NCBI RefSeq assembly: GCF_964194025.1
Contig: NC_134468.1
Coordinates: 5,828,001-5,892,000, forward strand
Origin: Convolutriloba macropyga
Lineage: Eukaryota
Length of the DNA stretch: 64,000 nucleotides
Direction of reading: 5' to 3'
The notes beneath the pieces were generated by a model. The model did not search any database. It worked only from the letters and a program-made list of their open reading frames with translations, and was not told the DNA's origin. Position 1 is the stretch's first letter, and each line of letters starts with the position of its first letter. A program made the translations under genes and the position numbers. This document shows positions 50,236 through 62,351 of the stretch, piece after piece.

Positions 50236-53232
50236 TAATTGCTCTCAAACGAAGTTTGTTGCAATTATATTAGTTCTACGGGCTTTAATATGCGATTTTT
50301 CGCTTCGCCTATTTTTCGTCTGACGCTTTTCAAGTTTTCTCCTCAAAAACGAGATGAACAGATAAAGCTCGAAGTGCATTAAGTGGCTGGGCAGCTCTCA
50401 TAGGGCCTTATGCCTTACTAGTCTCCTAAGTATGCAATTCGCCAAAACTTTTGCGGAAAAATAAATTGTATGAAGGCGGTTCTTAGAAGTTTGACTCCCC
50501 ACCCCTCAGCCACCAGTCTCATTTTATCCTTTCGCATGCACGCTTGAACCCCCTGAGAACTCATCTCCGTCTTAAATGAAGATTACATTTTCGACAAAAA
50601 CTTGTGGATTTGTGGAAGTGAACTGACAAAATGAGAACTGGCAAAATGAGCTGTAGAGTTAGCTTGAGCAATCTGCTTTTGTGATCAATTTCATTTTCTC
50701 TTAAAATTCGATCAGTATGTTTAAGCAGTTGGTCGATTTCTAATGGTGTTCCGGATATTATAAGCAGTAATTCGTTTAGGGTGTTAAATGCTTTTTCTTG
50801 TCACTGTAACTTTCTGTTTCTTACGCATCGAGTTATGGATGGATTGAAAGGTTCGAAATCACTAGTCTACTGTGCTTAATTACACTAGTCTACTTTTGCG
50901 ATTGTGCACGTTTTTCGCATACGTAAATGTAGCTACCCAACGTATAAAACTGTTCATTGATACTAAAAATAACGTCAACTTTCCTATAATGCTACTTATT
51001 ATTGGACAGTTCATGTAATAGCTGGAATTATTAAATAGCGGAAGTAACAGGCAGCTCTATAATCTGATTGTTGAAGTAATATTAAATGTCAATGACCAGT
51101 TACGCTCGGAGAATTGCTGTATTAAAGGATCCATAAATTATTTGTTGTTAATAGCCGCCTCAGCTTCTCAGCCGGCTATTATAGCGCTCCTAATTTTTTT
51201 TGCAATTCAAAGGATTTGAATTCTATTGGGGCGCTGTCTTTTTTTGATTTTTTGGATCGGAATTTTTTAAAATGGTTTTCCCAATCCATTCATTGTTTAT
51301 TCTAGGCCTAGCCTTTTGTTTGAACTAAATTTCAATATCTTGCTAGTGAACTAAGATCTGTTCACACATTTTCATGACTTTTGAAGTCCAATTAGAGTTG
51401 TGATTTTGGTCACGCCGAAACAGTAAACGGAGGGAAAAAGCGAGTGGTTTTCGGCGTGAATTTTTTGGCTCTAATTTTAAAGTAGAGTGAGAAAATGGTG
51501 TTTGAACAAAAATTCGGTTTCTCGGTAGTGGTTTTTTGTTCACATGCGGCAATTTCACTCTGATTTTTACTGTTTTTTCAATTTTTTGGATCGGATTTTT
51601 TTCTAAATGGTTTTTCCAATCCATTCACAGCTCATTCTCTGCCTAGTTTTTTGTTTGAACTAAATTTCAATATCTCGCTATTGTTTTTTGTTCACATGCG
51701 GCATTTTGACATTGATATTCTGGGTTTTAAAATTTTTATCTGATTTTTTTTAGTAATGGTTTTCCCAATTCACTCGTCTGTTCTAGGTCTAGTTTTTCGT
51801 TTAGTCAATGAAAATTCTTTGAATTGCACGTCAGGATTTTTCCTGCTCTGTTTTTTTTACTTCGTTGAATAAAACTTTTTTGCTTTACCTTAGTTCACAG
51901 CTTGTTCAACATTTTGCGTAAAATCTTGTTGACTTCTCTGAGCTAGTTTCACTCTTCTCTCATTCTGCTAAAAGTGTTTTTAGACAGCAGTTGCTCAGCA
52001 AAGCAGTTCAAAGTGAACAGAGTCAGTATCAAAAGACGAAATCAGAAATAGAAACGGGATAACCCATATAGCCCAATTTTAGATGCCTGTTACTCGAACT
52101 TTGTTCTTAGTTATCATCTATAATGCTTATTAGCATTGATACTAGCCCCTGTGTGGTCTCACTACGAAACAGGAGTACGTTCAGTTCCAAAATGACATCA
52201 AAATAGTTCGCACTTAAAAATTGTTTAAACAAAAATTATTTCACTAGTTTTTTTTCTTTCAATCCCAATCTTGGTTATGGGAATCAACGGCGGCTATTTT
52301 CTGGCAATCTGCCGGGCATGTTTGTGTTAGTGAACTATTTTTTGGTTTCATTAGTGCTCTTTTCTGCTAATTCGTATGGAAAATTTTCTGGTGCTAATAG
52401 TTCTGACCCTTTTGGGAATCTATACGTTCACGTGCATTTTTTTTGTTTACTCCCTATTTTGCTCAGTACTGAAAATAATTGGGACAGTTATAACGTTTTT
52501 GTGTGTGCTTCAACTCCATTTTTCTACATCAATTGCTGACAGCTAATCAGGCGCTCATGCGCTACTGTTTTTTGCATTTCTAAAGCTCGTGCCAAAAATG
52601 TATCCAATTTTTGCGGGAAAAAATGTTTCCTTTTTTCCAGACAAGATAAACCGGTAGAGAATCTTACCGGTAATACCGTCATTAACTAACGTTGCTTTAC
52701 TCTGCGTTACTAGGTGTTCAGTGTGCTCGCTTATTTTTGGCCGATTGATATATTTGATTTGAAAGATGAGTGGTAGGTATCAGTTGAAGAGTATAGAATA
52801 AGTTGAATAAAGGGTTTATTGGATTTGATCATTTTAAAGGTTTAAATCTCTGTTAAAATTTGACTGCTTGTCACTTTCAAAGAGGTTTTCAAATTACGCC
52901 CTTGACTTTTTGAGTTTTGCCTAATCTAAATATCTCTCTTCAGAATTTTAAACAACTGAACTCAAGTGGCGTCAGTTCACTGCTGAAAGTCGAATAAAAA
53001 ATGCGCTGAAATTGGTGGAATTTTTTTCACTTTGGATTTACTGGTTATAATGGTATATAATAACCTCCAATGAGGTCATTTGAAGTCTCACTTTGTAAAT
53101 TTTGTTACCCACCCCCCGAATGAAGCTGCCTGAAAATTTAGTCAGCTTGAAGCTAGTTCATTGAAAGATAAATAGCTCCTAGCTCCCTCTAGTCGTTCGA
53201 GATCAATTCTTCCGACGCTAGTTGGTTATGTT
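50236..53232 (+). mobile_element. HINE family C span with a nested family B copy
   Basis: 5' TAATTGCTCTCAAACG at 50236; 3' CGTTCGAGATCAATTCTTCCGACGCTAGTTGGTTATGTT at ~53194-53232. End pairing is inferred. Confidence 0.55.
51148..52323 (+). mobile_element. HINE family B
   Basis: 5' TTAATAGCCGCC; 3' GGCGGCTAT + TTTCTGGCAATCTGCCGG + GCATGTTT. Confidence 0.78.
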
Positions 53233-54257
53233 CTTGGGATTTTATAGATTATCAATACATCTACATTATAATATAGCATCGTTTCTTATTAATACTATTC
53301 ACGTTTAACCCGAATTTCATATTGAACACAAAGTATCGAACCACGATCGACTGTGTCTTTTTCTGAATTTAGTATCCTTAAATGGTCCTTGAATTCTTCG
53401 GTATTCTTCAGGGATGCGTATCGAATTGTAAACTTATTAAGACAACAAACTCAATATGTGCACATTTTTGTACGGACAATTAATCAACTGTAAAAAAACA
53501 GCTGAAGATCTAGTCTATTTTGGAACATAAATGCAAAAAATTCACTAAAACTAGACAAACGAAGCGTTTATTCGAAACATTTCAGGGTAAGCTTTAAGAT
53601 TCTTTGCTCCATAATAGAATTAAGATTAAGGGGATTATAGCACAAATTCGCATCGGTCTGAAAAACTCGAAAATTCCGTGTATGTGCTGTCAATTAATCA
53701 AAAAGATTATCAATGGTAGAGAATTAGAGTTGTTTCTGTTGGAAATGCAAGTTTGCAGTCTAATCAACCCTGTATTCACAACTTTTTTCGTATTAATTGG
53801 TCAATTATCTTTCGATAAATTTAGGTGATATATCTTGCTTTACCCAATAACTCTGACAAAATAAGTTGCTGTACCCAATAAGTTTGACAATATAGGCTCT
53901 CTTTTTTGATATCTCTCGATAATAACAGTTTTTTCGTCTATTTTTAGTGGAAAATTATATAATAACAAGTCTAATAATGAATAATGTTACATGTCAAATT
54001 GTTATAAGTTTTTCTAATCTTGGTGTCCTCTCATTTCATTTCAATTGCTCCCAAACAAAATTTGCAGCAATTATTGAAGTGGTGTGCCTTTTTTCAGCAA
54101 AATTTTGTCAAAGGGAGCTGGATAGGCCCAAGGGTCTGTGTAGCTCTCTTTAGAACTGTTCCTAGGCTCTAAGTGTATGGTTCAACGATGCTGCAGAGGA
54201 ATTAGAATGTCATGAGGTAAAGGGATAGTTTGATTGTTTTGTTTTGTTTTGTTTTAG

Positions 54258-54512
54258 AAGTAACAGCGTTGCGGTGTCAACTTGCAGAAAAAGATTCAGA
54301 GATAGCAGCTACTGAGAAGAGCACGCGCCATGCAGTTAGAAATGAGTTTATGGAGATAGTACATGACTTGTTTAAGACCTCGTACACGAACAGAGTGGAA
54401 GTGAGCCAGTACCAACTTCAGTTCTTCAACGATGCCTCCGATCTCATTCAGAGGACTGGCGATGACGTCAGAAGGAAAATTGATGACTGGAAGGACAAGG
54501 TGGCAGAAGCTG
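54258..54512 (+). CDS. CCDC162-like exon 6
   Basis: gttttag|AA GTA ACA...GCT G|gtaaat; EVTALRCQLAEKDSEI... Confidence 0.88.
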
Positions 54513-55099
54513 GTAAATAAAAATTGACGATGTTCTAAAAAAATCAGAATTATGGTTGAGATTTTGTGAAGATTTGCTACTTGTTTGCTACTTCGTGTAA
54601 GAGTTAGCAGAGGTAGAGAGTAAAGCTAACATAATAAGTTTTAATTATCAATCTATTTATAAGGTGCGACAAAAATAATCATCTTGAAAGTACACTTAAG
54701 GGAGATAAATTTCTAATTATTGGTATCGATGAAGTCGTTACTGCCTAAATAGATGAAAGAATGAATTTGCAACCATTCATGTGTGGTAGCAATTTCCCGT
54801 TCTTGAAAGTAGTGCTTGCGATTTTCGTGCTTCCTCTAAAATTGGATTTTTCTTCGCTTAGTCAGATCGTGGCATGTGCTTTAAGGCGTATTTATTTCAG
54901 CTAACTGGGATCGCTTTGACACAGAGCTAGGTTTGACTGTTATTCTCTCTTTCTATCATGTACACTCCATACTTAGAGTAGTCACTCATAATTTGTTAAT
55001 TGTCCTTTTATGCGGCTGGCGATGTAGTTTTAGCAATGCAGCTTCTTAATGTTAAAGCGATGAAAAGTTCTTTTGAAATAAGGTTTCATTTTTGTTCAG

Positions 55100-55248
55100 A
55101 TGAATTCAATAAGCGTACATTGACGGAGTATCGGAACAATATTTTGGACTTGAGGCAACAGAATCACGCAATGGGTGTGTCGATGGAGAAGCAGAAAGCA
55201 TTCTACAAGTGGAAAATATCCACCATAAAACAGGAGTTAATTAATGAG
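55100..55248 (+). CDS. CCDC162-like exon 7
   Basis: ttgttcag|AT GAA TTC...AAT GAG|gtcaga; phase-1 join is consistent. Confidence 0.85.
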
Positions 55249-55308
55249 GTCAGATTAGACGCAGTATCAAATACATTTTCCTCTTTTTTTTTTACAAAAT
55301 GACATTTA

Positions 55309-56956
55309 TTAATTGCTCTCAAACGAAGTTTGTAGCAATTATATTAGTCCTGTCGGTCTTTTTTTTTATGCGATTTTTCGCTTGACCAATTTTTCGTCTG
55401 ACGCTTTTGACTTTTCGTCCTCAAAAACGGGATAAACAGGTAGCGCCCAGCGGGCATTAAGTGCTCTTAGAGCCTTTTAGCTCTGTTTCAGCTCAAACAG
55501 TTTTGGAGTCTTATACTTATGGTTTGAACAGCGGTTCTTAGAGGTTGAAGACACCCCCCCCCACCCCCCCCACTGCTGACCCCCCCCCACTATTGCCCCC
55601 CCCACCCCCCCCCACCCGACTGTCGCCACCCCCATCGGCACCCCCGTGCACCCTCCCCCACCCGTGGCTAGCTACTGACGAACAACCGCTAGCTAAAAAC
55701 GCAAATTTATACTAATTTTCACAATTTTTTTTAGATTTTTAAAATTTTTGTCAGTTTTTTAAGTTTTTTCAGCCCTAGCAGCCCTAGGTGTCAAGGAATC
55801 CAATCTAGGATTTGATAATAGGTTATTGAATAGTTTCTGGTGGTAATAGAATGGTTTCAACATTTCAACACTGCGAATTTTTTGCATTTTTTGATAAATT
55901 TTGCAAATTTTTTCAATGTTTTTGAAAGTTTTTGTCGTTTTTTTAGGTTTATCCAGCCTCAACAGCCAGGGACCTTCCTCGAGGGTTTAATAATAGGTTA
56001 ATATGTAGTTTCTAGAATTGATGGAATCATTTTCAAGATTTAAACATCACGAATTTTAGCATTTTATTGACAAAAATTGCTATTTTAAAAATTTTTTGAC
56101 ATATATTTTCATTATTCAAGATTTTTCAGCCTCAGGGTTCAGACAACCTCCTGAAGGGTTTGATAATACGTTGCTGCATAGTTTCTAGTGGTAATAGAAT
56201 GTTTTTCAACATTTGAACATCACAATTTTTAGCAATTGTTGGATAAAACGAATTTTTTTTCAAATTTTTCAAAATTTGTCATTATCTAAGTTCTTCCAGC
56301 CCCAAGAAACCTCGTATAGGCTTTGATATTAGGTTACTGAACAATTTTTATTGCGATAGAATAGTTTTGAACTTTTTAATATCACAAATTTTATCGATTT
56401 TTTTAATAAAACTTATGATTTTTTCAATTTTTTTTTTGAAATTTTTGTCATTTTATTTGCAGTTTTTGAGTCCTTTTTTGAGTTTAACGATTAATACTGG
56501 CCAACGAAGCTTTTTAAGTCTTGCAGATGGGTTACATGGCAAAAATCCAGAGGCAAAAAATGTTCTTTGAACATTTTCGTCACTTTGAAATGTGGAAAGT
56601 TTTCTTCTGAATTTTGCACTTTCAGTTTTTTATATGATTTAGTTACTAACAAGGCTAGAATCTCATGGAAAAAATTTCTAGCTCTCTCTCTCTCTTTCTC
56701 TCTGTGTGTGTTGGTTGGCGTTTCTTTCCTTCTCTTTCTCGCTCACGTTTTACCTCGCACTCTCTCTCTCTCTCTCTCTCCTTAACTCTTTTGTTGACTT
56801 CAGCGGCTGTTATGTGGCGTGATAATATCGTCTATTACCCTAGCCTCACGCCTCTTCAATCAAGCGAAAGCTAACCTCACTAAACAGTGGCTAGGTGCTG
56901 ACAACCGCCCGCCGGTCGTTTGAGAGCAATTCGCCCGACGTTAGTCGGTTATGTTT
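55309..56956 (+). mobile_element. HINE family C (best-preserved copy)
   Basis: Perfect 15-bp IR AATTGCTCTCAAACG / CGTTTGAGAGCAATT, 3' hairpin CCGACGTTAGTCGG, TTATGTTT end, (CT)n microsatellite. An identical 3' end lies at 17652-17706. Confidence 0.83.
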
Positions 56957-57194
56957 ATCATTGTTATCGTTTTCTTAGAACTTCGTTGTCACTTCGATGC
57001 ATGGTTTCTTTATCAATTGACTGCCTTCTGCAGTGTTGTTTTGTCTTTGCTGAGAACCACTGAAATTAAGTCAAATTTTTATAGCTTAAAACTTCGATTG
57101 GTCAGCAGTATCCCTCAATGTTGCTAGCCTTCCCCAGTGTATTTTTCTGTTTTTCTATACTTTGAATCATTACATAATATTTTGTATGTTGCAG

Positions 57195-57365
57195 TTGGGT
57201 GACTGTAAGCACGATGTGGACGAGAGGAGACGTGAGAAGATGAGCATGCGTCTAATGTGTGAAGAGGAGTTGGGTCTCTACAGACAGCAGTGTGTTGCAC
57301 TGAAGAGGAGTTTGGCAGAATCTGAGAATGCACAGCAGAAGTTGTACTCTATGCTCATGAAGGAG
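57195..57365 (+). CDS. CCDC162-like exon 8
   Basis: gttgcag|TTG GGT...AAG GAG|gttagt; coiled-coil composition. Confidence 0.87.
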
Positions 57366-57867
57366 GTTAGTGATACTCATCACAGCTATCTTTTGAGTCT
57401 TAGTGCGTTGTAGCCAAGTCATCTACTTGAACAGGTATTATTTAGTCGCGCTCTTTTCGGGTAGAGTCATAGGATCAGCTAGTACCAATGTATCGTTTGT
57501 TTCCACAGTCTCCGTTCCCATTGTTTCAGCTACATGTAATTTGGAAGGGGTTGATCAAACCTTCCTAATTGCGTGACGCTAATAAGAGCTGCATGTTTAA
57601 GTCAACTGGACATCATGGCCAAGCATCAAATATTGTACCTTATTGAGCAAGATTGTTAAGTGGTCACGTCGAGAGGGATCGAGTTAAGACAATTGGGGAC
57701 ATCTTAGTCTAATTGAAAACTTTCATGTTTCATTTTTTAAGATTACAGGTCTACGAAACTGTCGTAGCTGATTTCTGGCAATTTGCTTACCAGATATGTT
57801 ATTTTTTATGAATCTATTAGCCTTGCTTTTATGAGCTTAATCATAATGTGGACATCTGTTTTTGTAG

Positions 57868-57963
57868 CAAAAAGAAAAGATGGAGAAAGAACACGAGAAG
57901 CAGCAGAGGGCGAGGAGTGACAAACAGATGGAGGTCACGAGGGCTGCCAACATTGAGAACCTG
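57868..57963 (+). CDS. CCDC162-like exon 9
   Basis: ttttgtag|CAA AAA...AAC CTG|gttagt; QKEKMEKEHEKQQRARSDKQMEVTRAANIENL. Confidence 0.85.
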
Positions 57964-58627
57964 GTTAGTACTGAATCATCTTCCCACAACTTATCAACAG
58001 CCCCTACTTTATGCATAACTGAGCTCTTCTAATTTTGAAGGAACTCTTTACGTTTGGAACAATTTTCTTAACGGTTCCACAATAAACAAAGTATTTACAT
58101 GAGCAAATGAATTCCTTTTTTGCATTTGTAGTAGCGCTTCCAATTGTAATTGAGTTGCGCCCTAAAATTTAAAAAATGATCACCAATAAACGATGATATT
58201 CTACCCGGGATAGGAGAAACCATCCCGGTATACTGAAAAGTGCCCATAAATTGGAACTAGTATTTTTTTTTAATAACCGCCCTCATCATCTCTTAGAAAA
58301 TCTTAGAAATTTATCTGCGGCGGAACTGCCCCCCCCCCCTCACCTCAAGTCCTGGAGAATTGACCAAAAGTGGCTTTTTTGCCCCATATAATGGTACTTG
58401 TTAACTGAAGTTACTATTCCCACGAGCTATAATTATCATCACAAAAACTCGTACTAAGTTGTTTACAAAGCCACTGAAAGATTATAGGGGGGGGGGGGGC
58501 TGGCATTGATTCGGAAACCGTTTCTTAAGTACAATTCTGAAGTTCTGAACGCGCTCAAATAGTCAGTAGATTACCGAAATTTGTAAATTTGCTTAATCAA
58601 TGGGGGAATTTGAGACAAAACTTTTAG

Positions 58628-58871
58628 CTTTCGAAGTTGGAAGAATCGGAGAACAGATTCAGAGCTTCCCTGATTGAGAAATCGAGACTAGACAAAGCGA
58701 ATGAGTCTCTATTCGATAAGTCACAGAAGACAATAGATGCTCTTAAGAAGAATCTGAACGCCGAGCGGGCGGTCAAACAGGATGCGATTAGCCGACTAGA
58801 CGATTTGCAGAGTGTGATGGGAGGTGTGGATGATGGGTTTGGAAGCAAATCGAGGCCACAAACTGCCAATT
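58628..58871 (+). CDS. CCDC162-like exon 10; the gene probably continues beyond the window
   Basis: cttttag|CTT TCG...AAT T|gtgagt; LKKNLNAERAVKQDAISRLDDLQ. Confidence 0.87.
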
Positions 58872-59262
58872 GTGAGTTAGCTCAAGAAATTCAGAATTAT
58901 TATGAGTAGTTGTTAACTTAAATTGCCCTCGTCTGTCCGAGAGTAATTCATTCGACGTTTTTTGGTTTATGTTTTTGAATTACTCTCGAAAGACATTTGA
59001 AGCAATTATTTTAAACGTCTTTTCAACCAAACTTCAAGGTTTTTGCGCTTTTTAAAAAAAACTCTTCGCTTTAATATGGCTTTTTACGCTTCATATGCAA
59101 AATTTTGATTGAACGTTCTGACAGTTGGTGTGACTCTTACTCCCTTTGACTTTTTCGTTTTAGGTGATGTGCTAATAGGTGGTGTGCTAATAACATCTGA
59201 TCTCAGGTGGTGTGCTAATAAAAGTCAAATCAAAAATCACTGAAATTTCTGTAATTTTTTTA

Positions 59263-59791
59263 TTATAGCTGCGAAGCTGTAAGCTGAGCGAAGCTATATT
59301 GCGGTGCTCTTGGTTTTTTTTTGTTTCGTCGTCTGACGCTCTTTTTTCGTTTTACATTTGTTCACACAGCAAAGCTGAAAAAGTCAAATTTTCTGAATGA
59401 CTTCTTCCTCTCACTAACGGCATTTGCGCGCGTGACGTCATTTCTCACTCGCTTTAGCAAAAGTTTTTAGGTTATTTGCGTGATTAGATTTTGATCATAC
59501 GTGACTTACCTCACTCAATAAAATGACTTTTGCACTTTAAAACTTAAGTTTAATTTGAATTTGTTTAAGGTCAAAGGAACTCATTTGTGCAGTAAAGGTC
59601 CCTAATAGGAGGCTTCTGCGGAATGAATTTTAACAAGCATTGTTAATTTATCGCTGAATGTTTTTTACCTAGTTTTTTTTGAGCGGCGTCGATTTTTTGT
59701 TCAATTTAGATCTTTATCCGTTTCTATCTCTATTATATGGCACGCAGGTCTATTCTTTCGCAGCTATTCCGGCAATCTGCCGGCTATGTTT
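59263..59791 (+). mobile_element. HINE family A
   Basis: Both termini intact; near-identical to other family A copies. Confidence 0.82.
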
Positions 59792-59859
59792 TTAATTTTG
59801 GTGCTATAAAGTAACTTCTAATCATGTCAATGGGACACGCCTTAGTTATTTTAGTTAAA

Positions 59860-59932
59860 GCCGTCTTCGCTTAGTGGCGAAGATGGCAGACTGGCGTTCT
59901 GGAGATTGTGGGTTCGAACTCTATGTCGATTT
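59860..59932 (+). pseudogene. tRNA-like sequence (second copy at 61463-61535)
   Basis: TCGCTTAGTGG A-box-like, CAGA-CTGGCGT-TCTG anticodon-like arm, GTGGG-TTCGAAC-TCTAT T-arm, followed by T6. Confidence 0.55.
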
Positions 59933-60865
59933 TTTCGTACCCATAATGATTTCTAAGCTACGCTGTAGCACGTCGAGAGCAATTCATCCGACGTTAGTTG
60001 GTATATGTTCAATGGCTGCTCTCATTTTCTCAGCTTGTTATTGTAGCAGCCCTCTTTTTGAAATCCAAAATACTTGGATTGTTTTTGTGTGCTGTCTTTT
60101 AAATTTTGCTCACACTTTTTCGGCTTAAGAGTTGTGATTTTTTCACATAGTATTAAAGGGAGCAAAAGCATAAGTATGTTTGAAGGGTAAATTTTGTTCA
60201 AAGTATTTTTAATCTGTGGGTGAGAAATTGATATTTGAACATTTTTCGGTTGTTGAAAACGAATATTTTTGACGTGCGGCAATTTGGCTTCTATTTTCAG
60301 TGTTTCTTCTCTTGAGTATATTAACATAATAAATGTGTTTTAAATATGCTTGTTTGCATTTCTTTTGTGTTATCACTTTATATCAATGACAGGTCCCATA
60401 GGTTGCCTTTAGGGTTTGCGCGTTTTTATTTGATTTGTCTTTTATTTGTCTCATCTTCTCCGACAGGTCTAATCTATCGCAAATCGATTTGATTGTTTCA
60501 GTTCATAACTGTTGCTTTCTATAACTTATACGCTATTCGTTTACGCAATTTTAGCAATTTATGTAGTTTTGCTAGTATTTGATGTACAGATCACTGTCTT
60601 ATCACTTAATAGCTTTAACGTCTTTTCAACCAAACTTCAAGGTTTTTGCGCTTTTTAAAAAAAACTCTTCGCTTTAATATGGCTTTTTACGCTTCATATG
60701 CAAAATTTTGATTGAACGTTCTGACAATTGGTGTGACTCTTACTCCCTTTGACTTTTTCGTTTTAGGTGATGTGCTAATAGGTGGTGTGCTAATAACATC
60801 TGATCTCAGGTGGTGTGCTAATAAAAGTCAAATCAAAAATCACTGAAATTTCTGTAATTTTTTTA

Positions 60866-61394
60866 TTATAGCTGCGAAGTTGTAAGCTGAGCGAAGCTAT
60901 ATTGCGGTGCTCTTGGTTTTTTTTTGTTTCGTCGTCTGACGCTCTTTTTTCGTTTTACATTTGTTCACACAGCAAAGCTGAAAAAGTCAAATTTTCTGAA
61001 TGACTTCTTCCTCTCACTAACGGCATTTGCGCGCGTGACGTCATTTCTCACTCGCTTTAGCAAAAGTTTTTAGGTTATTTGCGTGATTAGATTTTGATCA
61101 TACGTGACTTACCTCACTCAATAAAATGACTTTTGCACTTTAAAACTTAAGTTTAATTTGAATTTGTTTAAGGTCAAAGGAACTCATTTGTGCAGTAAAG
61201 GTCCCTAATAAGAGGCTTCTGCGGAATGAATTTTAACAAGCATTGTTAATTTATCGCTGAATGTTTTTTACCTAGTTTTTTTTGAGCGGCGTCGATTTTT
61301 TTTTCAATTTAGATCTTTATCCGTTTCTATCTCTATTATATGGCACGCAGGTCTATTCTTTCGCAGCTATTCCGGCAATCTGCCGGCTATGTTT
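60866..61394 (+). mobile_element. HINE family A (inside the 1.6-kb tandem duplicate)
   Basis: Both termini intact. Confidence 0.82.
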
Positions 61395-62351
61395 TTAATT
61401 TTGGTGCTATAAAGTAACTTCTAATCATGTCAATGGGACACGCCTTAGTTATTTTAGTTAAAGCCGTCTTCGCTTAGTGGCGAAGATGGCAGACTGGCGT
61501 TCTGGAGATTGTGGGTTCGAACTCTATGTCGATTTTTTCGTACCCATAATGATTTCTAAGCTACGCTGTAGCACGTCGAGAGCAATTCATCCGACGTTAG
61601 TTGGTATATGTTCAATGGCTGCTCTCATTTTCTCAGCTTGTTATTGTAGCAGCCCTCTTTTTGAAATCCAAAATACTTGGATTGTTTTTGTGTGCTGTCT
61701 TTTAAATTTTGCTCACACTTTTTCGGCTTAAGAGTTGTGATTTTTTCACATAGTATGAAAGGGAGCAAAAGCATAAGTATGTTTGAAGGGTAAATTTTGT
61801 TCAAAGTATTTTTAATCTGTGGGTGAGAAATTGATATTTGAACATTTTTCGGTTGTTGAAAACGAATATTTTTGACGTGCGGCAATTTGGCTTCTGTTTT
61901 CAGTGTTTCTTCTCTTGAGTATATTAACATAATAAATGTGTTCTAAATATGCTTGTTTGCATTTCTTTTGTCTTATCACTTTATATCAATGACAGGTCCC
62001 ATAGGTTGCCTTTAGGGTTTGCGCGTTTTTATTTGATTTGTCTTTTATTTGTCTCATCTTCTCCGACAGGTCTAATCTGTCGCAAATCGATTTGATTGTT
62101 TCAGTTCATAACTGTTGCTTTCTATAACTTATACGCTATTCGTTTACGCAATTTTAGCAATTTATGTAGTTTTGCTAGTATTTGATGTACAGATCACTGT
62201 CTTATCACTTAATAGCTTTAATGATGGGTTTAAGCTTTAATGATGGGTTTAAGCAGTTGCTAATGAAAAATAGATGAATCTAGTTTGTTGCTTGAGTTCA
62301 TAGGAGTTTTCTGATTTTGACACTTTTTGCGAGTTTTTTTAGTCTTGCTTG

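Larger units (their letters stand above)
59016..62220. repeat. Near-identical tandem duplication, ~1.6-kb unit
   Basis: ORFs 59874/61477 and 60022/61625 are offset by 1603 bp; junction at ~60617. Confidence 0.95.

Noticed and set aside
17871-61535. Functional tRNA genes
   Set aside because: Acceptor, anticodon or T stems are mispaired in every copy; kept only as tRNA-like.
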